Positions 8,421 through 16,684 of a stretch of DNA of 44,371 nt are shown in pieces. Origin of the DNA: Escherichia phage 6949. Made by a program: the position numbers and the translations under genes. Positions within the stretch are counted from its first letter, which is position 1. Each line of letters opens with the position of its first letter. Location of the stretch: the sequence record OL362273.1. One strand, 5' to 3'. The notes beneath the pieces were generated by a model that was given only the letters and a program-made list of their open reading frames with translations, searched no databases and was not told where the DNA came from.

Positions 8421-8794
8421 CCATTCAGGGCTTTTATGAGGTATTGACAGGGTGGATGGGCGTGGGCTATCTGTTCGTTTCGTTCACTCCGCTTGCGCTA
8501 CGTTCACTCGCTCACGTGTACCTTATGCTATTACTTGATGGATAGCTTAGGTTATAGCTTAGTGGCCTACCTTAGTTATAACCTTAGTGCATAGCTTAGT
8601 ATCAGCTTAGTAGTGTACCTTAGTAAGTCTTAGTGTCTTCTCTTAGTGATTGCACATGCAAGCATGTAAGATGCCATTAGGTCGCGGTCGGTAGACCGCT
8701 ACAGAAGGAGAATAGTAATAAGATGCAGTAGGAGGAACACCAGAAACCTAGCCAACCTAGCCTATCCTAGCTCTGTATCTATTGCTTTTCCTTA

Positions 8795-8810
8795 GTCTAA
8801 CATGTGAGAC
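8795..8810. repeat. Palindrome family copy, degenerate (GTCTAACATGTGAGAC)
   Basis: One mismatch from a perfect 16 bp palindrome. Its flank CTAGGTTGTCTCACATG (read on the minus strand) matches the copy at 14411-14428. Confidence 0.4.
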
Positions 8811-8844
8811 AACCTAGATTTATCTTAGTGATGATATCTTAGTG

Positions 8845-8876
8845 TTGACAAGGCCATCTCAATATAATACTATTCA
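8845..8876 (+). promoter_or_regulatory. Candidate host sigma70 early promoter
   Basis: A perfect TTGACA at 8845-8850 is followed by a TATAATACTAT block. Spacing to the exact TATAAT is only 12 bp, so the working -10 is more likely TACTAT or AATACT at 15-17 bp. It sits upstream of the first early genes. Confidence 0.35.
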
Positions 8877-9016
8877 TCACGTAGGCAGCACTGAGGTGCT
8901 TAGTAGCCAGCTAGTAAGGCATACGAAGAGACTAGCGCTTACATTGCTCTTTAACAATTTGCTTAGTGTAACCTATGTATGCCGTGGTCAATTACTTATT
9001 GAATGAGGGATTAACT

Positions 9017-9196
9017 ATGACATTAAACAACCGTGAACTATCCGTTCTCTTCACTCTGTTGTGCTACATGATTCGTAAAAACGAATTGCTTACAGATGAC
9101 GAGTTAGCCTTGTATCACCGCTTTCTTAACGAAGGTTGGACCGATACAGTTAATCAATACCGTAACATGATAGATGAGTTGAGGGAGGGTAAATAA
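9017..9196 (+). CDS. Early hypothetical protein
   Basis: RBS GAGGGA precedes ATG 9017, which is in frame within track ORF 8975-9196. It is the first gene of the early region. Confidence 0.5.
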   Translation: MTLNNRELSVLFTLLCYMIRKNELLTDDELALYHRFLNEGWTDTVNQYRNMIDELREGK

Positions 9197-9420
9197 TGTA
9201 TCAGCATGAGGTTTTCTTTGAGTCAGCTAGTGAAGCTATCCGCTTCCTTGAAGATATGCTACAAGCTGGCGTAGGTGTTGATGTACATCACTTCCTACTA
9301 GATTACGACACTGAATATCACCGAGTTACCTTAGTATCTGAGTATGACAACCAAGTCATTACTGAGTACCTAGGCAGTGAAGATTACGATTACGATGAAG
9401 TAATCACGACAAATCTCTAA
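9196..9420 (+). CDS. Early acidic hypothetical protein
   Basis: RBS GAGGGAGGG precedes the ATG, which is coupled to the upstream stop through TAATG. The C-terminus is acidic and aromatic-rich. Confidence 0.55.
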   Translation: MYQHEVFFESASEAIRFLEDMLQAGVGVDVHHFLLDYDTEYHRVTLVSEYDNQVITEYLGSEDYDYDEVITTNL

Positions 9421-9549
9421 ATTAACTGATGACAGCCACGGCATACAAGGTTACATTAAGCATCAAGACGGCGACGTCTTTAAACATCCCGCTCTTTAAC
9501 AATACGGTTTGTGTCTTGATAGGCTAACTAACTAACTAAGGTAATTATC

Positions 9550-9660
9550 ATGAAAGGGTTAATTTGTGTAGAACGTATGGTCAATGGTAAACTTGAAATT
9601 TTACCACTGGAAAACCAATCTAGCTTCAAAGAGTGGTATGGCTGTTTCTCACTGATTTAA
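9550..9660 (+). CDS. Small early ORF (36 aa)
   Basis: RBS TAAGGT precedes ATG 9550, itself preceded by a CTAACTAACTAA stop-rich spacer. The ORF is below the track cutoff. Confidence 0.35.
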   Translation: MKGLICVERMVNGKLEILPLENQSSFKEWYGCFSLI

Positions 9661-9811
9661 GGTAAAGGCTGGCACTAGTCAGCCTATCAAGGCGCAAACC
9701 AAGCTCTTTAACAATTTGGATGGTAGCTTCTTAGTCTGGATAGGTTAAACCTAGGAGATTCTCTTGAGTCTCCTATAATGTAACCTAACTAACTAAATGA
9801 GGATTAACAAC

Positions 9812-10171
9812 ATGGCTATGTCTAATATGACTTACTCTCAGGTTTACAACACTGCTCATGCTGCATTAGTTGAACGTATCTGGAATGATGCTATTGATTG
9901 TATTGATAACGCACATGATGCAATCCATGATGCGGCGGATAGTGCTGTACCAATCTATTATGCTGACATCTTCTCCGTGATGGCGAGTGAAGGAATTGAT
10001 CATTTCTTCGAAGACTCCGGCCTGATGCCAGACACTAAGGATGTAACCGTAGTATTGCAAGCCCGTATCTATGAGCAACTCACAGTTGATCTATGGGAAC
10101 GTGTTCAGTATATGATTGTTGAATACGTCAACTCCGCCGAATATTTAGAAAAAGAAGAAGAGGAAGAATAA
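9812..10171 (+). CDS. ocr: Ocr (T7 gp0.3-like DNA mimic, anti-restriction)
   Basis: The translation from ATG 9812 is MAMSNMTY...[41 protein letters not shown]...[15 protein letters not shown] with an acidic tail. These blocks match my recollection of T7 Ocr. RBS AGGA lies upstream. Confidence 0.85.
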   Translation: MAMSNMTYSQVYNTAHAALVERIWNDAIDCIDNAHDAIHDAADSAVPIYYADIFSVMASEGIDHFFEDSGLMPDTKDVTVVLQARIYEQLTVDLWERVQYMIVEYVNSAEYLEKEEEEE

Positions 10172-10172
10172 G

Positions 10173-10286
10173 ATGGAAAAGCTATACAACTTCATCTTTT
10201 CAGACGGTGTAACCCTGAAGTGTTCCCTACGATTCGCTCAGATTCGTGAGGAAGTGCTAGGTACTACATACAAACTATTTAGCTGA
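10173..10286 (+). CDS. Small early ORF (37 aa)
   Basis: RBS GAGGAAGA precedes ATG 10173, which is tightly coupled to the ocr stop. The ORF is below the track cutoff. Confidence 0.35.
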   Translation: MEKLYNFIFSDGVTLKCSLRFAQIREEVLGTTYKLFS

Positions 10287-10299
10287 CACTATAAGAGAA
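10277..10299 (+). promoter_or_regulatory. SP6-type promoter variant (+1 A) in the early region
   Basis: ATTTAGCTGACACTATA followed by AGAGAAG. The -17 to -1 region is near-identical to the canonical SP6 promoter, but the +1 base is A rather than G. Confidence 0.5.
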
Positions 10300-10362
10300 G
10301 GCTTAACAAGGCGTTGCTACGGTAGCGCCTGATTAAACTTTCACTTACTAGAGGTTAAAATT

Positions 10363-10488
10363 ATGAAACTATCGCCATCCGCTAAAGGCCTCATTGCAGA
10401 ACTTAAAGACTCTTTGAGGAATCCAATCATTTGGGCACTTATCTACATACCTTATGGTATCTACCTATTTCACCTCATCACTGAGTAA
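10363..10488 (+). CDS. Small early membrane protein (41 aa)
   Basis: RBS GAGGT precedes ATG 10363. The C-terminal segment IIWALIYIPYGIYLFHLI is hydrophobic. Confidence 0.35.
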   Translation: MKLSPSAKGLIAELKDSLRNPIIWALIYIPYGIYLFHLITE

Positions 10489-10521
10489 ATAGCCTATAGC
10501 CTACCTATGTGGGCTATGTGA

Positions 10522-10544
10522 TATTTACTTACACTATAAGGTGA
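10522..10544 (+). promoter_or_regulatory. Degenerate phage-promoter-like sequence
   Basis: TATTTACTTACACTATA followed by AGGTGA. The ACACTATA core is present, but the upstream half is shifted by one base. Confidence 0.25.
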
Positions 10545-11473
10545 TTGATATGACTACGGAAAACATCCTTCTGTCTGTTCGTGAAGCTGCAACCGCTGAA
10601 ATCAAGCAGCACTTAGACAATATCGGCACTTCTTACATCAAAGTTGGCGCTTGTCTGAATGAATTACGCGGTGATTTCGAAGGTCAAAAAGACTTTTTAG
10701 CTTATGTAGAATCAGAGTTCGGCATCAAGAAAGCACAATGCTACAAGCTGATGAGTGTAGCCCGTGTCTTTGAAGGAGACGAACGCTTTAAAGGTGTGGC
10801 TATGCGTGTAATGCTGGCGCTTGTTCCTTTCGCTGATGAAAATATAATCATGGAGAAGGCCGCAGAACTCGCCGCAGAGGGCAAGCTGGACACTAACGCC
10901 GTAAACGCCCTGATTGATCCTAAGAAAGAGACAAAGGCCGAGACGGTACAATCTAAGGCTGAGGCGGTAAAACCGCAGGAGAATGCGACTGAGGCCGCAG
11001 AAACTATGCAAGGACATGCAACCTTTGAGGATTTCATATTAGAGAAGGCGAAAGAGGAGCTACAAAGTGTGCCGCCAGCAAGTGAGTCTGGTAACGACGA
11101 ATCCGCACCGTGGGAAGACAAAAGCAAGCAGGAAGACACAAAGGCAGCGCCACGGGATAACACGGCTAACACCGAGAGTGCCGCTATTGCTGGCCTTCTG
11201 GCACAAATTAAAGCACTGACCGAGCAATTACAGGCAGCTAATGACCGCATTGCCTCCTTAAGCAGCGCACGCGAAAGCAAGAAAGCAGCCGCGCCTATGC
11301 TGCCGCAATTCAAATCTTCCTGCTTCTATGCTCGCTTAGGTTTAAGCGCTGAGGAGGCAACGAAGAAAACAGCAGTTAACAAGGCACGCCGCGAACTGGT
11401 TAAGCTAGGATACGGCGAAGGCCATGAAGCATGGCCCTTAATCTCTGAGGCAGTAGAAGAATTAACTAAGTAA
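10541..11473 (+). CDS. Early hypothetical protein (310 aa) immediately upstream of the RNA polymerase gene
   Basis: RBS AAGGTGA precedes the ATG. The protein has a structured N-terminal domain, a low-complexity Ala/Glu/Lys-rich middle, and a C-terminal helical domain. It occupies the slot that T7 gp0.7 holds, but I see no kinase motifs. Confidence 0.6.
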   Translation: MIDMTTENILLSVREAATAEIKQHLDNIGTSYIKVGACLNELRGDFEGQKDFLAYVESEFGIKKAQCYKLMSVARVFEGDERFKGVAMRVMLALVPFADENIIMEKAAELAAEGKLDTNAVNALIDPKKETKAETVQSKAEAVKPQENATEAAETMQGHATFEDFILEKAKEELQSVPPASESGNDESAPWEDKSKQEDTKAAPRDNTANTESAAIAGLLAQIKALTEQLQAANDRIASLSSARESKKAAAPMLPQFKSSCFYARLGLSAEEATKKTAVNKARRELVKLGYGEGHEAWPLISEAVEELTK

Positions 11474-11536
11474 CCTTATCGGTGGCATCTTCTTAGGTGT
11501 CACCTATTAAGGTTTCTTTCACTAGGAGTAAACAAG

Positions 11537-14164
11537 ATGCAAGACCTACACGCTATTCAACTTCAACTTGAAGAAGAAATGTTTAACGGCGGTATCCGTC
11601 GCTTTGAAGCGGACCAACAACGCCAGATTGCATCCGGTAATGAATCAGACACGGCATGGAATCGCCGCTTATTGTCCGAGTTAATCGCGCCAATGGCTGA
11701 AGGTATTCAGGCATACAAGGAAGAGTATGAAGGTAAAAGAGGCCGTGCACCGCGTGCATTAGCTTTCATTAACTGCGTAGAAAACGAAGTGGCAGCATAT
11801 ATCACGATGAAAATCGTTATGGATATGCTGAACACGGATGTAACCTTGCAGGCTATAGCCATGAATGTAGCTGACCGCATTGAGGACCAAGTACGTTTTA
11901 GCAAGCTGGAAGGTCACGCCGCCAAATACTTTGAGAAAGTTAAGAAGTCACTTAAGGCAAGTAAGACTAAATCATATCGCCATGCGCACAACGTAGCGGT
12001 CGTGGCTGAGAAGTCAGTAGCTGACCGTGACGCTGATTTCTCTCGCTGGGAGGCATGGCCTAAAGACACCTTGCTGCAAATTGGGATGACCTTGCTTGAA
12101 ATCTTAGAGAATAGCGTATTCTTCAACGGGCAACCTGTCTTCCTCCGCACCTTGCGCACTAATGGCGGCAAACATGGTGTTTACTACCTACAGACTAGTG
12201 AACACGTAGGTGAGTGGATAACTGCATTTAAAGAACATGTAGCGCAACTTAGTCCAGCCTATGCACCTTGCGTTATTCCTCCGCGTCCGTGGGTATCACC
12301 CTTTAACGGTGGGTTTCATACTGAGAAAGTAGCAAGCCGTATTCGTCTGGTAAAAGGCAATCGTGAGCACGTCCGCAAGCTGACCAAAAAGCAAATGCCA
12401 GCGGTTTACAAGGCTGTTAACGCTTTGCAGGCGACTAAGTGGCAGGTTAATAAAGAGGTTTTACAGGTTGTGGAGGACGTTATACGTCTAGACCTCGGCT
12501 ATGGTGTACCTTCCTTTAAACCACTCATCGACCGTGAGAACAAGCCCGCTAATCCGGTGCCGTTAGAGTTCCAGCACCTGCGAGGCCGTGAACTGAAAGA
12601 AATGCTTACGCCGGAACAATGGCAAGCCTTTATCAACTGGAAAGGTGAATGTACTAAGCTGTACACCGCTGAAACTAAGCGCGGAAGCAAATCGGCGGCA
12701 ACCGTTCGCATGGTTGGTCAGGCCCGTAAATATAGCCAGTTCGACGCAATCTACTTCGTGTATGCACTGGACAGCCGCAGCCGTGTATACGCGCAATCTA
12801 GCACGCTCTCGCCGCAATCAAACGACTTAGGCAAGGCATTGCTCCGTTTTACCGAAGGGCAGCGTCTTGATAGCGCTGAGGCGCTTAAGTGGTTTTTGGT
12901 GAACGGGGCTAATAACTGGGGTTGGGATAAGAAAACTTTTGACGTGCGCACCGCTAACGTGCTGGATAGTGAATTTCAAGACATGTGCCGCGACATTGCA
13001 GCGGATCCGCTGACCTTCACTCAATGGGTAAATGCCGACTCCCCTTACGGCTTCCTTGCATGGTGCTTTGAATATGCGCGTTATCTGGATGCACTGGATG
13101 AAGGCACGCAAGACCAATTCATGACGCACCTCCCAGTCCATCAAGATGGTAGTTGTTCTGGTATCCAGCACTACAGTGCTATGCTACGCGATGCAGTAGG
13201 TGCGAAAGCAGTAAACCTTAAGCCCTCTGACTCCCCTCAAGATATTTATGGCGCGGTTGCGCAGGTTGTTATCCAGAAGAATTACGCCTACATGAATGCA
13301 GACGACGCAGTGACTTTCACATCTGGAAGCGTCACACTTACAGGTGCAGAACTGCGTAGCATGGCTAGTGCGTGGGATATGATAGGAATCACTCGCGGAT
13401 TGACCAAAAAGCCCGTAATGACACTACCTTATGGCAGCACACGTCTAACCTGCCGTGAATCAGTGATTGATTATATCGTTGATTTAGAAGAAAAAGAGGC
13501 CCAACGGGCTATTGCGGAAGGGCGTACCGCCAATCCTGTACACCCTTTTGATAATGACCGTAAAGACAGCCTGACACCTAGCGCAGCTTATAACTATATG
13601 ACAGCTTTAATCTGGCCTTCTATTTCGGAAGTGGTTAAAGCTCCTATAGTGGCAATGAAAATGATTCGTCAGCTTGCCCGTTTCGCAGCTAAAAGGAATG
13701 AAGGCTTAGAGTATACCCTGCCTACTGGCTTCATCTTGCAACAAAAGATTATGGCTACTGATATGCTACGCGTATCTACTTGCTTGATGGGAGAAATCAA
13801 GATGAGTCTACAGATTGAAACGGACGTAGTAGATGAAACGGCAATGATGGGCGCTGCTGCTCCTAACTTTGTGCATGGTCATGATGCCAGTCACCTTATC
13901 TTAACGGTCTGCGACCTTGTTGATAAAGGGATTACATCTATCGCAGTAATTCATGATTCTTTTGGCACTCATGCAGGCCGTACAGCCGATCTACGCAACA
14001 GCTTAAGGGCAGAAATGGTGAAGATGTATCAAGGCCGTAATGCACTGCAAAGCCTGCTAGATGAGCACGAAGAACGCTGGTTAGTTGATACAGGAATACA
14101 AGTACCAGAGCAAGGGGAGTTTGACCTTAACGAAATCTTAGTTTCAGACTATTGCTTCGCATAA
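11537..14164 (+). CDS. Single-subunit DNA-directed RNA polymerase (SP6-type)
   Basis: The 875 aa protein starts [32 protein letters not shown], matching the SP6 RNA polymerase N-terminus as I remember it. The catalytic region reads [19 protein letters not shown] and VIHDSFGTH, and the C-terminus ends ..FA. Confidence 0.97.
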   Translation: MQDLHAIQLQLEEEMFNGGIRRFEADQQRQIASGNESDTAWNRRLLSELIAPMAEGIQAYKEEYEGKRGRAPRALAFINCVENEVAAYITMKIVMDMLNTDVTLQAIAMNVADRIEDQVRFSKLEGHAAKYFEKVKKSLKASKTKSYRHAHNVAVVAEKSVADRDADFSRWEAWPKDTLLQIGMTLLEILENSVFFNGQPVFLRTLRTNGGKHGVYYLQTSEHVGEWITAFKEHVAQLSPAYAPCVIPPRPWVSPFNGGFHTEKVASRIRLVKGNREHVRKLTKKQMPAVYKAVNALQATKWQVNKEVLQVVEDVIRLDLGYGVPSFKPLIDRENKPANPVPLEFQHLRGRELKEMLTPEQWQAFINWKGECTKLYTAETKRGSKSAATVRMVGQARKYSQFDAIYFVYALDSRSRVYAQSSTLSPQSNDLGKALLRFTEGQRLDSAEALKWFLVNGANNWGWDKKTFDVRTANVLDSEFQDMCRDIAADPLTFTQWVNADSPYGFLAWCFEYARYLDALDEGTQDQFMTHLPVHQDGSCSGIQHYSAMLRDAVGAKAVNLKPSDSPQDIYGAVAQVVIQKNYAYMNADDAVTFTSGSVTLTGAELRSMASAWDMIGITRGLTKKPVMTLPYGSTRLTCRESVIDYIVDLEEKEAQRAIAEGRTANPVHPFDNDRKDSLTPSAAYNYMTALIWPSISEVVKAPIVAMKMIRQLARFAAKRNEGLEYTLPTGFILQQKIMATDMLRVSTCLMGEIKMSLQIETDVVDETAMMGAAAPNFVHGHDASHLILTVCDLVDKGITSIAVIHDSFGTHAGRTADLRNSLRAEMVKMYQGRNALQSLLDEHEERWLVDTGIQVPEQGEFDLNEILVSDYCFA

Positions 14165-14172
14165 TATTAATA

Positions 14173-14202
14173 GGCCATTCCTTCGGGAGTGGCCTTTCTT
14201 TT
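14173..14202 (+). terminator. Intrinsic terminator after the RNA polymerase gene
   Basis: The stem GGCCAUUCC / GGAGUGGCC (one G-U pair) encloses a UUCG tetraloop and is followed by TTTCTTTT. Confidence 0.65.
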
Positions 14203-14237
14203 ACCTACTACCTGTAACATTTCATTAACATAAAAGT

Positions 14238-14253
14238 GTCTCACATGTGAGGC
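14238..14253. repeat. Palindrome family copy (GTCTCACATGTGAGGC)
   Basis: The core CTCACATGTGAG is a perfect palindrome. It lies 3 bp upstream of the phage promoter at 14256. Confidence 0.5.
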
Positions 14254-14255
14254 TT

Positions 14256-14278
14256 ATTTACCGGACACTATAGGATAG
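14256..14278 (+). promoter_or_regulatory. SP6-type phage promoter
   Basis: ATTTACCGGACACTATA followed by GGATAG; the predicted +1 G is at 14273. Confidence 0.8.
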
Positions 14279-14439
14279 CCGTCGGAGACGGGAAAGAAAG
14301 GGAAGATAAAGGATATAAAGGAAGTAATAGGTATTAAAGGTTATATAGGTTATCTAGGAATACCTATTACCTTCTTCCTTCCTCTTATTACCACTCAGAG
14401 GAAGGGCAGACCTAGGTTGTCTCACATGTGAGACTTCGT
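14279..14439. other. Origin-like region between twin phage promoters (possible primary replication origin)
   Basis: A purine-rich tract (GGAAAGAAAGGGAAGATAAAGGATATAAAGGAAG) and its pyrimidine-rich mirror flank a 12 bp perfect inverted repeat (GTAATAGGTATT at 14324-14335 and AATACCTATTAC at 14359-14370) around an AT-rich spacer. The position matches the T7 primary origin between gene 1 and gene 1.1. Confidence 0.4.
14419..14434. repeat. Palindrome family copy (GTCTCACATGTGAGAC, perfect)
   Basis: A 16 bp perfect palindrome, 5 bp upstream of the promoter at 14440. Confidence 0.55.
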
Positions 14440-14462
14440 ATTTACCGGACAGTATAGATAAG
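14440..14462 (+). promoter_or_regulatory. SP6-type phage promoter variant (ACAGTATAG core)
   Basis: ATTTACCGGACAGTATA followed by GATAAG. It carries a C to G change in the core relative to the other copies. Confidence 0.6.
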
Positions 14463-14487
14463 ACTAACTTACTTTGGAGATTTAACC

Positions 14488-14616
14488 ATGCGTAACTTCG
14501 AAAAGATGACCCGTAAAGCTAACCGTTTTGACATGGAAGAAGGGCAGAAGAAAGGCAAGAAGCTAAATAAACCTGTCCGTGACCGTGCATCTAAACGCGC
14601 AGCGTGGGAGTTCTAA
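14488..14616 (+). CDS. Small basic protein, T7 gp1.1-like (42 aa)
   Basis: The translation is MRNFEKMTRKANRFDMEEGQKKGKKLNKPVRDRASKRAAWEF. Its N-terminus MRNFEKMT and basic composition match my recollection of T7 gp1.1. RBS GGAG lies upstream. The ORF is below the track cutoff. Confidence 0.55.
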   Translation: MRNFEKMTRKANRFDMEEGQKKGKKLNKPVRDRASKRAAWEF

Positions 14617-14619
14617 GTT

Positions 14620-16608
14620 ATGGCTATTATTCAGAATGTACCGTGTCCTGCCTGTCAAAAGAACGGACATGATATTACTGGCAATCATTTAATGATCTTT
14701 GACGACGGGGCAGGATACTGTAACCGTGGTCACTTCCATGATAACGGTAAACCTTATTACCACAAGCCGGAAGGTGGCATCGAGATAACCGAGTTACCTA
14801 TTACTGGCAATATCAAATATACACCTTCTCAATTCAAAGAAATGGAGAAGGAAGGGAAGATAAGCGACCCTAAATTACGTGCCATCGCACTAGGTGGTAT
14901 GCGTATGAAAGACCGTTGGGAGGTCATGAATGAGCAAGAAAGGGCAGACCAAGAAGCAGAGTGGAAACTTGATGTTGAATGGTTCCTCACGCTTAAGCGT
15001 AAGAACCTTGTTTCCCGACACATTCGCGGCGACATTTGCGCATTGTATGATGTACGTGTCGGACACGATGAAGAGGGTAGAGTCTCGCGGCATTACTATC
15101 CACGCTTCGAGAAAGGTGAGCTAGTAGGAGCTAAGTGTCGTACCTTACCTAAAGATTTCAAGTTTGGACACTTAGGTAAACTCTTTGGTATGCAAGATCT
15201 TTTCGGTATGAATACTTTGTCTCACGTGTTAGACAAGGGAAGACGAAAGGATTGCTTGCTTATTGTGGGTGGGGAACTGGATGCACTAGCAGCGCAGCAG
15301 ATGCTCCTTGATTCTGCCAAGGGTACTAAGTGGGAAGGTCAACCTTACCATGTATGGTCTGTTAACAAAGGGGAGTCTTGCCTTGAAGAGATTGTGCAGA
15401 ACCGTGAACACATCGCCCAATTCAAGAAGATTATTTGGGGCTTCGATGGGGATGAGGTAGGGCAGAAGCAGAACCAGCAAGCGGCTCGCCTGTTCCCTGG
15501 CAAATCCTATATCCTTGAGTACCCTTCTGGTTGCAAAGATGCCAACAAGGCATTGATGGCTGGCAAGGCTAAAGAGTTTGTTGATGCATGGTTTAATGCC
15601 AAGTCATCTGATGAAGTCTTTGGTAGCCAGATTAAATCTATCGCATCTCAAAGGGATAAGCTCAAGGCTGCACGTCCAGAGCAAGGACTATCATGGCCTT
15701 GGCCTAAGCTGAACAAGGTAACGCTAGGTATTCGTAAGAATCAGCTTATCATTGTAGGTGCAGGGTCTGGTGTAGGTAAGACTGAGTTCCTTCGTGAAGT
15801 AGTTAAGCACCTCATTGAAGAACACGGTGAATCTGTAGGCATCATTTCTACAGAAGACCCGATGGTCAAGGTGTCCCGTGCTTTTATCGGCAAGTGGATT
15901 GATAAGCGTATTGAGTTACCGCCAACCAACGACCCGAAAGAAGACGGATACCGTGAGGTGTTCGATTACACCGAGGAAGAAGCTAACGCCGCCATTGATT
16001 ATGTAGCTGATACAGGTAAGCTGTTTGTAGTTGACCTAGAGGGTGACTATTCGATGGAAAAGGTAGAGCAAACTTGCCTAGAGTTTGAGGCTATGGGTAT
16101 TTCTAATATCATCATTGATAACTTAACGGGGATTAAATTAGATGAGCGTGCTTTTGGTGGGAAGGTTGGTGCACTTGATGAATGCGTCAAGCGGATTGGT
16201 ACTATCAAAGACCGACACCCGGTTACTATATTCCTTGTATCACACCTTACACGTCCTCCGGCAAACCGTACCCAACACGAAGAAGGTGGCGAAGTTATCC
16301 TTTCTGACTTCCGAGGCTCAGGCGCTATCGGATTCTGGGCATCTTACGCCTTGGGGATTGAGCGTAATACAAGAGCTGAAACGCTTGACGAAAGGACTAC
16401 CACGTACATCTCATGTGTCAAAGACCGCGACCAAGGTATCTGGACTGGAACCAAGGTCATGCTTAAGGGTGACATTCAAACCGGACGTTTAATGGAACCA
16501 CAAGCCCGTACTAAGTCATTTGACACCGGCGAAGCAAGGCAACAAGAAGTACCGGATTTACCGGACACTATAGAAGAGACTAACTTCGATGAAGAAAGTG
16601 AGTTCTGA
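14620..16608 (+). CDS. DNA primase/helicase (T7 gp4-like)
   Basis: The N-terminus has a zinc-binding motif (CPACQ...C.RGH), and the helicase domain has a Walker A motif (GAGSGVGKTEF). The C-terminus is acidic and ends in Phe (DEESEF), as in T7 gp4. Confidence 0.93.
   Translation: MAIIQNVPCPACQKNGHDITGNHLMIFDDGAGYCNRGHFHDNGKPYYHKPEGGIEITELPITGNIKYTPSQFKEMEKEGKISDPKLRAIALGGMRMKDRWEVMNEQERADQEAEWKLDVEWFLTLKRKNLVSRHIRGDICALYDVRVGHDEEGRVSRHYYPRFEKGELVGAKCRTLPKDFKFGHLGKLFGMQDLFGMNTLSHVLDKGRRKDCLLIVGGELDALAAQQMLLDSAKGTKWEGQPYHVWSVNKGESCLEEIVQNREHIAQFKKIIWGFDGDEVGQKQNQQAARLFPGKSYILEYPSGCKDANKALMAGKAKEFVDAWFNAKSSDEVFGSQIKSIASQRDKLKAARPEQGLSWPWPKLNKVTLGIRKNQLIIVGAGSGVGKTEFLREVVKHLIEEHGESVGIISTEDPMVKVSRAFIGKWIDKRIELPPTNDPKEDGYREVFDYTEEEANAAIDYVADTGKLFVVDLEGDYSMEKVEQTCLEFEAMGISNIIIDNLTGIKLDERAFGGKVGALDECVKRIGTIKDRHPVTIFLVSHLTRPPANRTQHEEGGEVILSDFRGSGAIGFWASYALGIERNTRAETLDERTTTYISCVKDRDQGIWTGTKVMLKGDIQTGRLMEPQARTKSFDTGEARQQEVPDLPDTIEETNFDEESEF
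16556..16578 (+). promoter_or_regulatory. SP6-type phage promoter inside the 3' end of the primase/helicase gene
   Basis: ATTTACCGGACACTATA followed by GAAGAG; the predicted +1 G is at 16573. Confidence 0.75.
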
Positions 16609-16628
16609 TTAGTGTATTTATCAGGGCT

Positions 16629-16646
16629 TGTCTCACACGTGAGACA
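16629..16646. repeat. Palindrome family copy (TGTCTCAC-AC-GTGAGACA)
   Basis: Two 8 bp inverted arms separated by 2 bp, extendable with a G-U pair to about 11 bp, followed by CTCTTATT. Confidence 0.55.
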
Positions 16647-16684
16647 GGCTCTTATTAAGTACATTAAATAACTGGAGATTGATT

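Larger units (their letters stand above)
8360..8960 (+). repeat. Array of CTTAGTG/CTTAGTA heptamer repeats (analog of the T7 CCTAAAG end repeats)
   Basis: At least 15 copies of CTTAGT(G/A) are read directly in about 600 bp of non-coding DNA. Confidence 0.6.

Noticed and set aside
8434-8462. Second sigma70-like promoter (TTGACA, 17 bp, CTATCT)
   Set aside because: The -35 is perfect but the -10 is poor (3 of 6), and it lies inside the presumed terminal repeat. I did not call it as a feature.
8360-8960. CTTAGTG repeat array as a possible CRISPR array
   Set aside because: The repeats are 7 bp with irregular spacing and no spacer-repeat periodicity. They match the T7-type end repeats, not a CRISPR locus.
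10741-11313. 190 aa Ala/Ser-rich ORF on the minus strand
   Set aside because: It is antisense to the 310 aa early gene, and its composition is an artefact of the GC-rich, Ala-rich sense strand.
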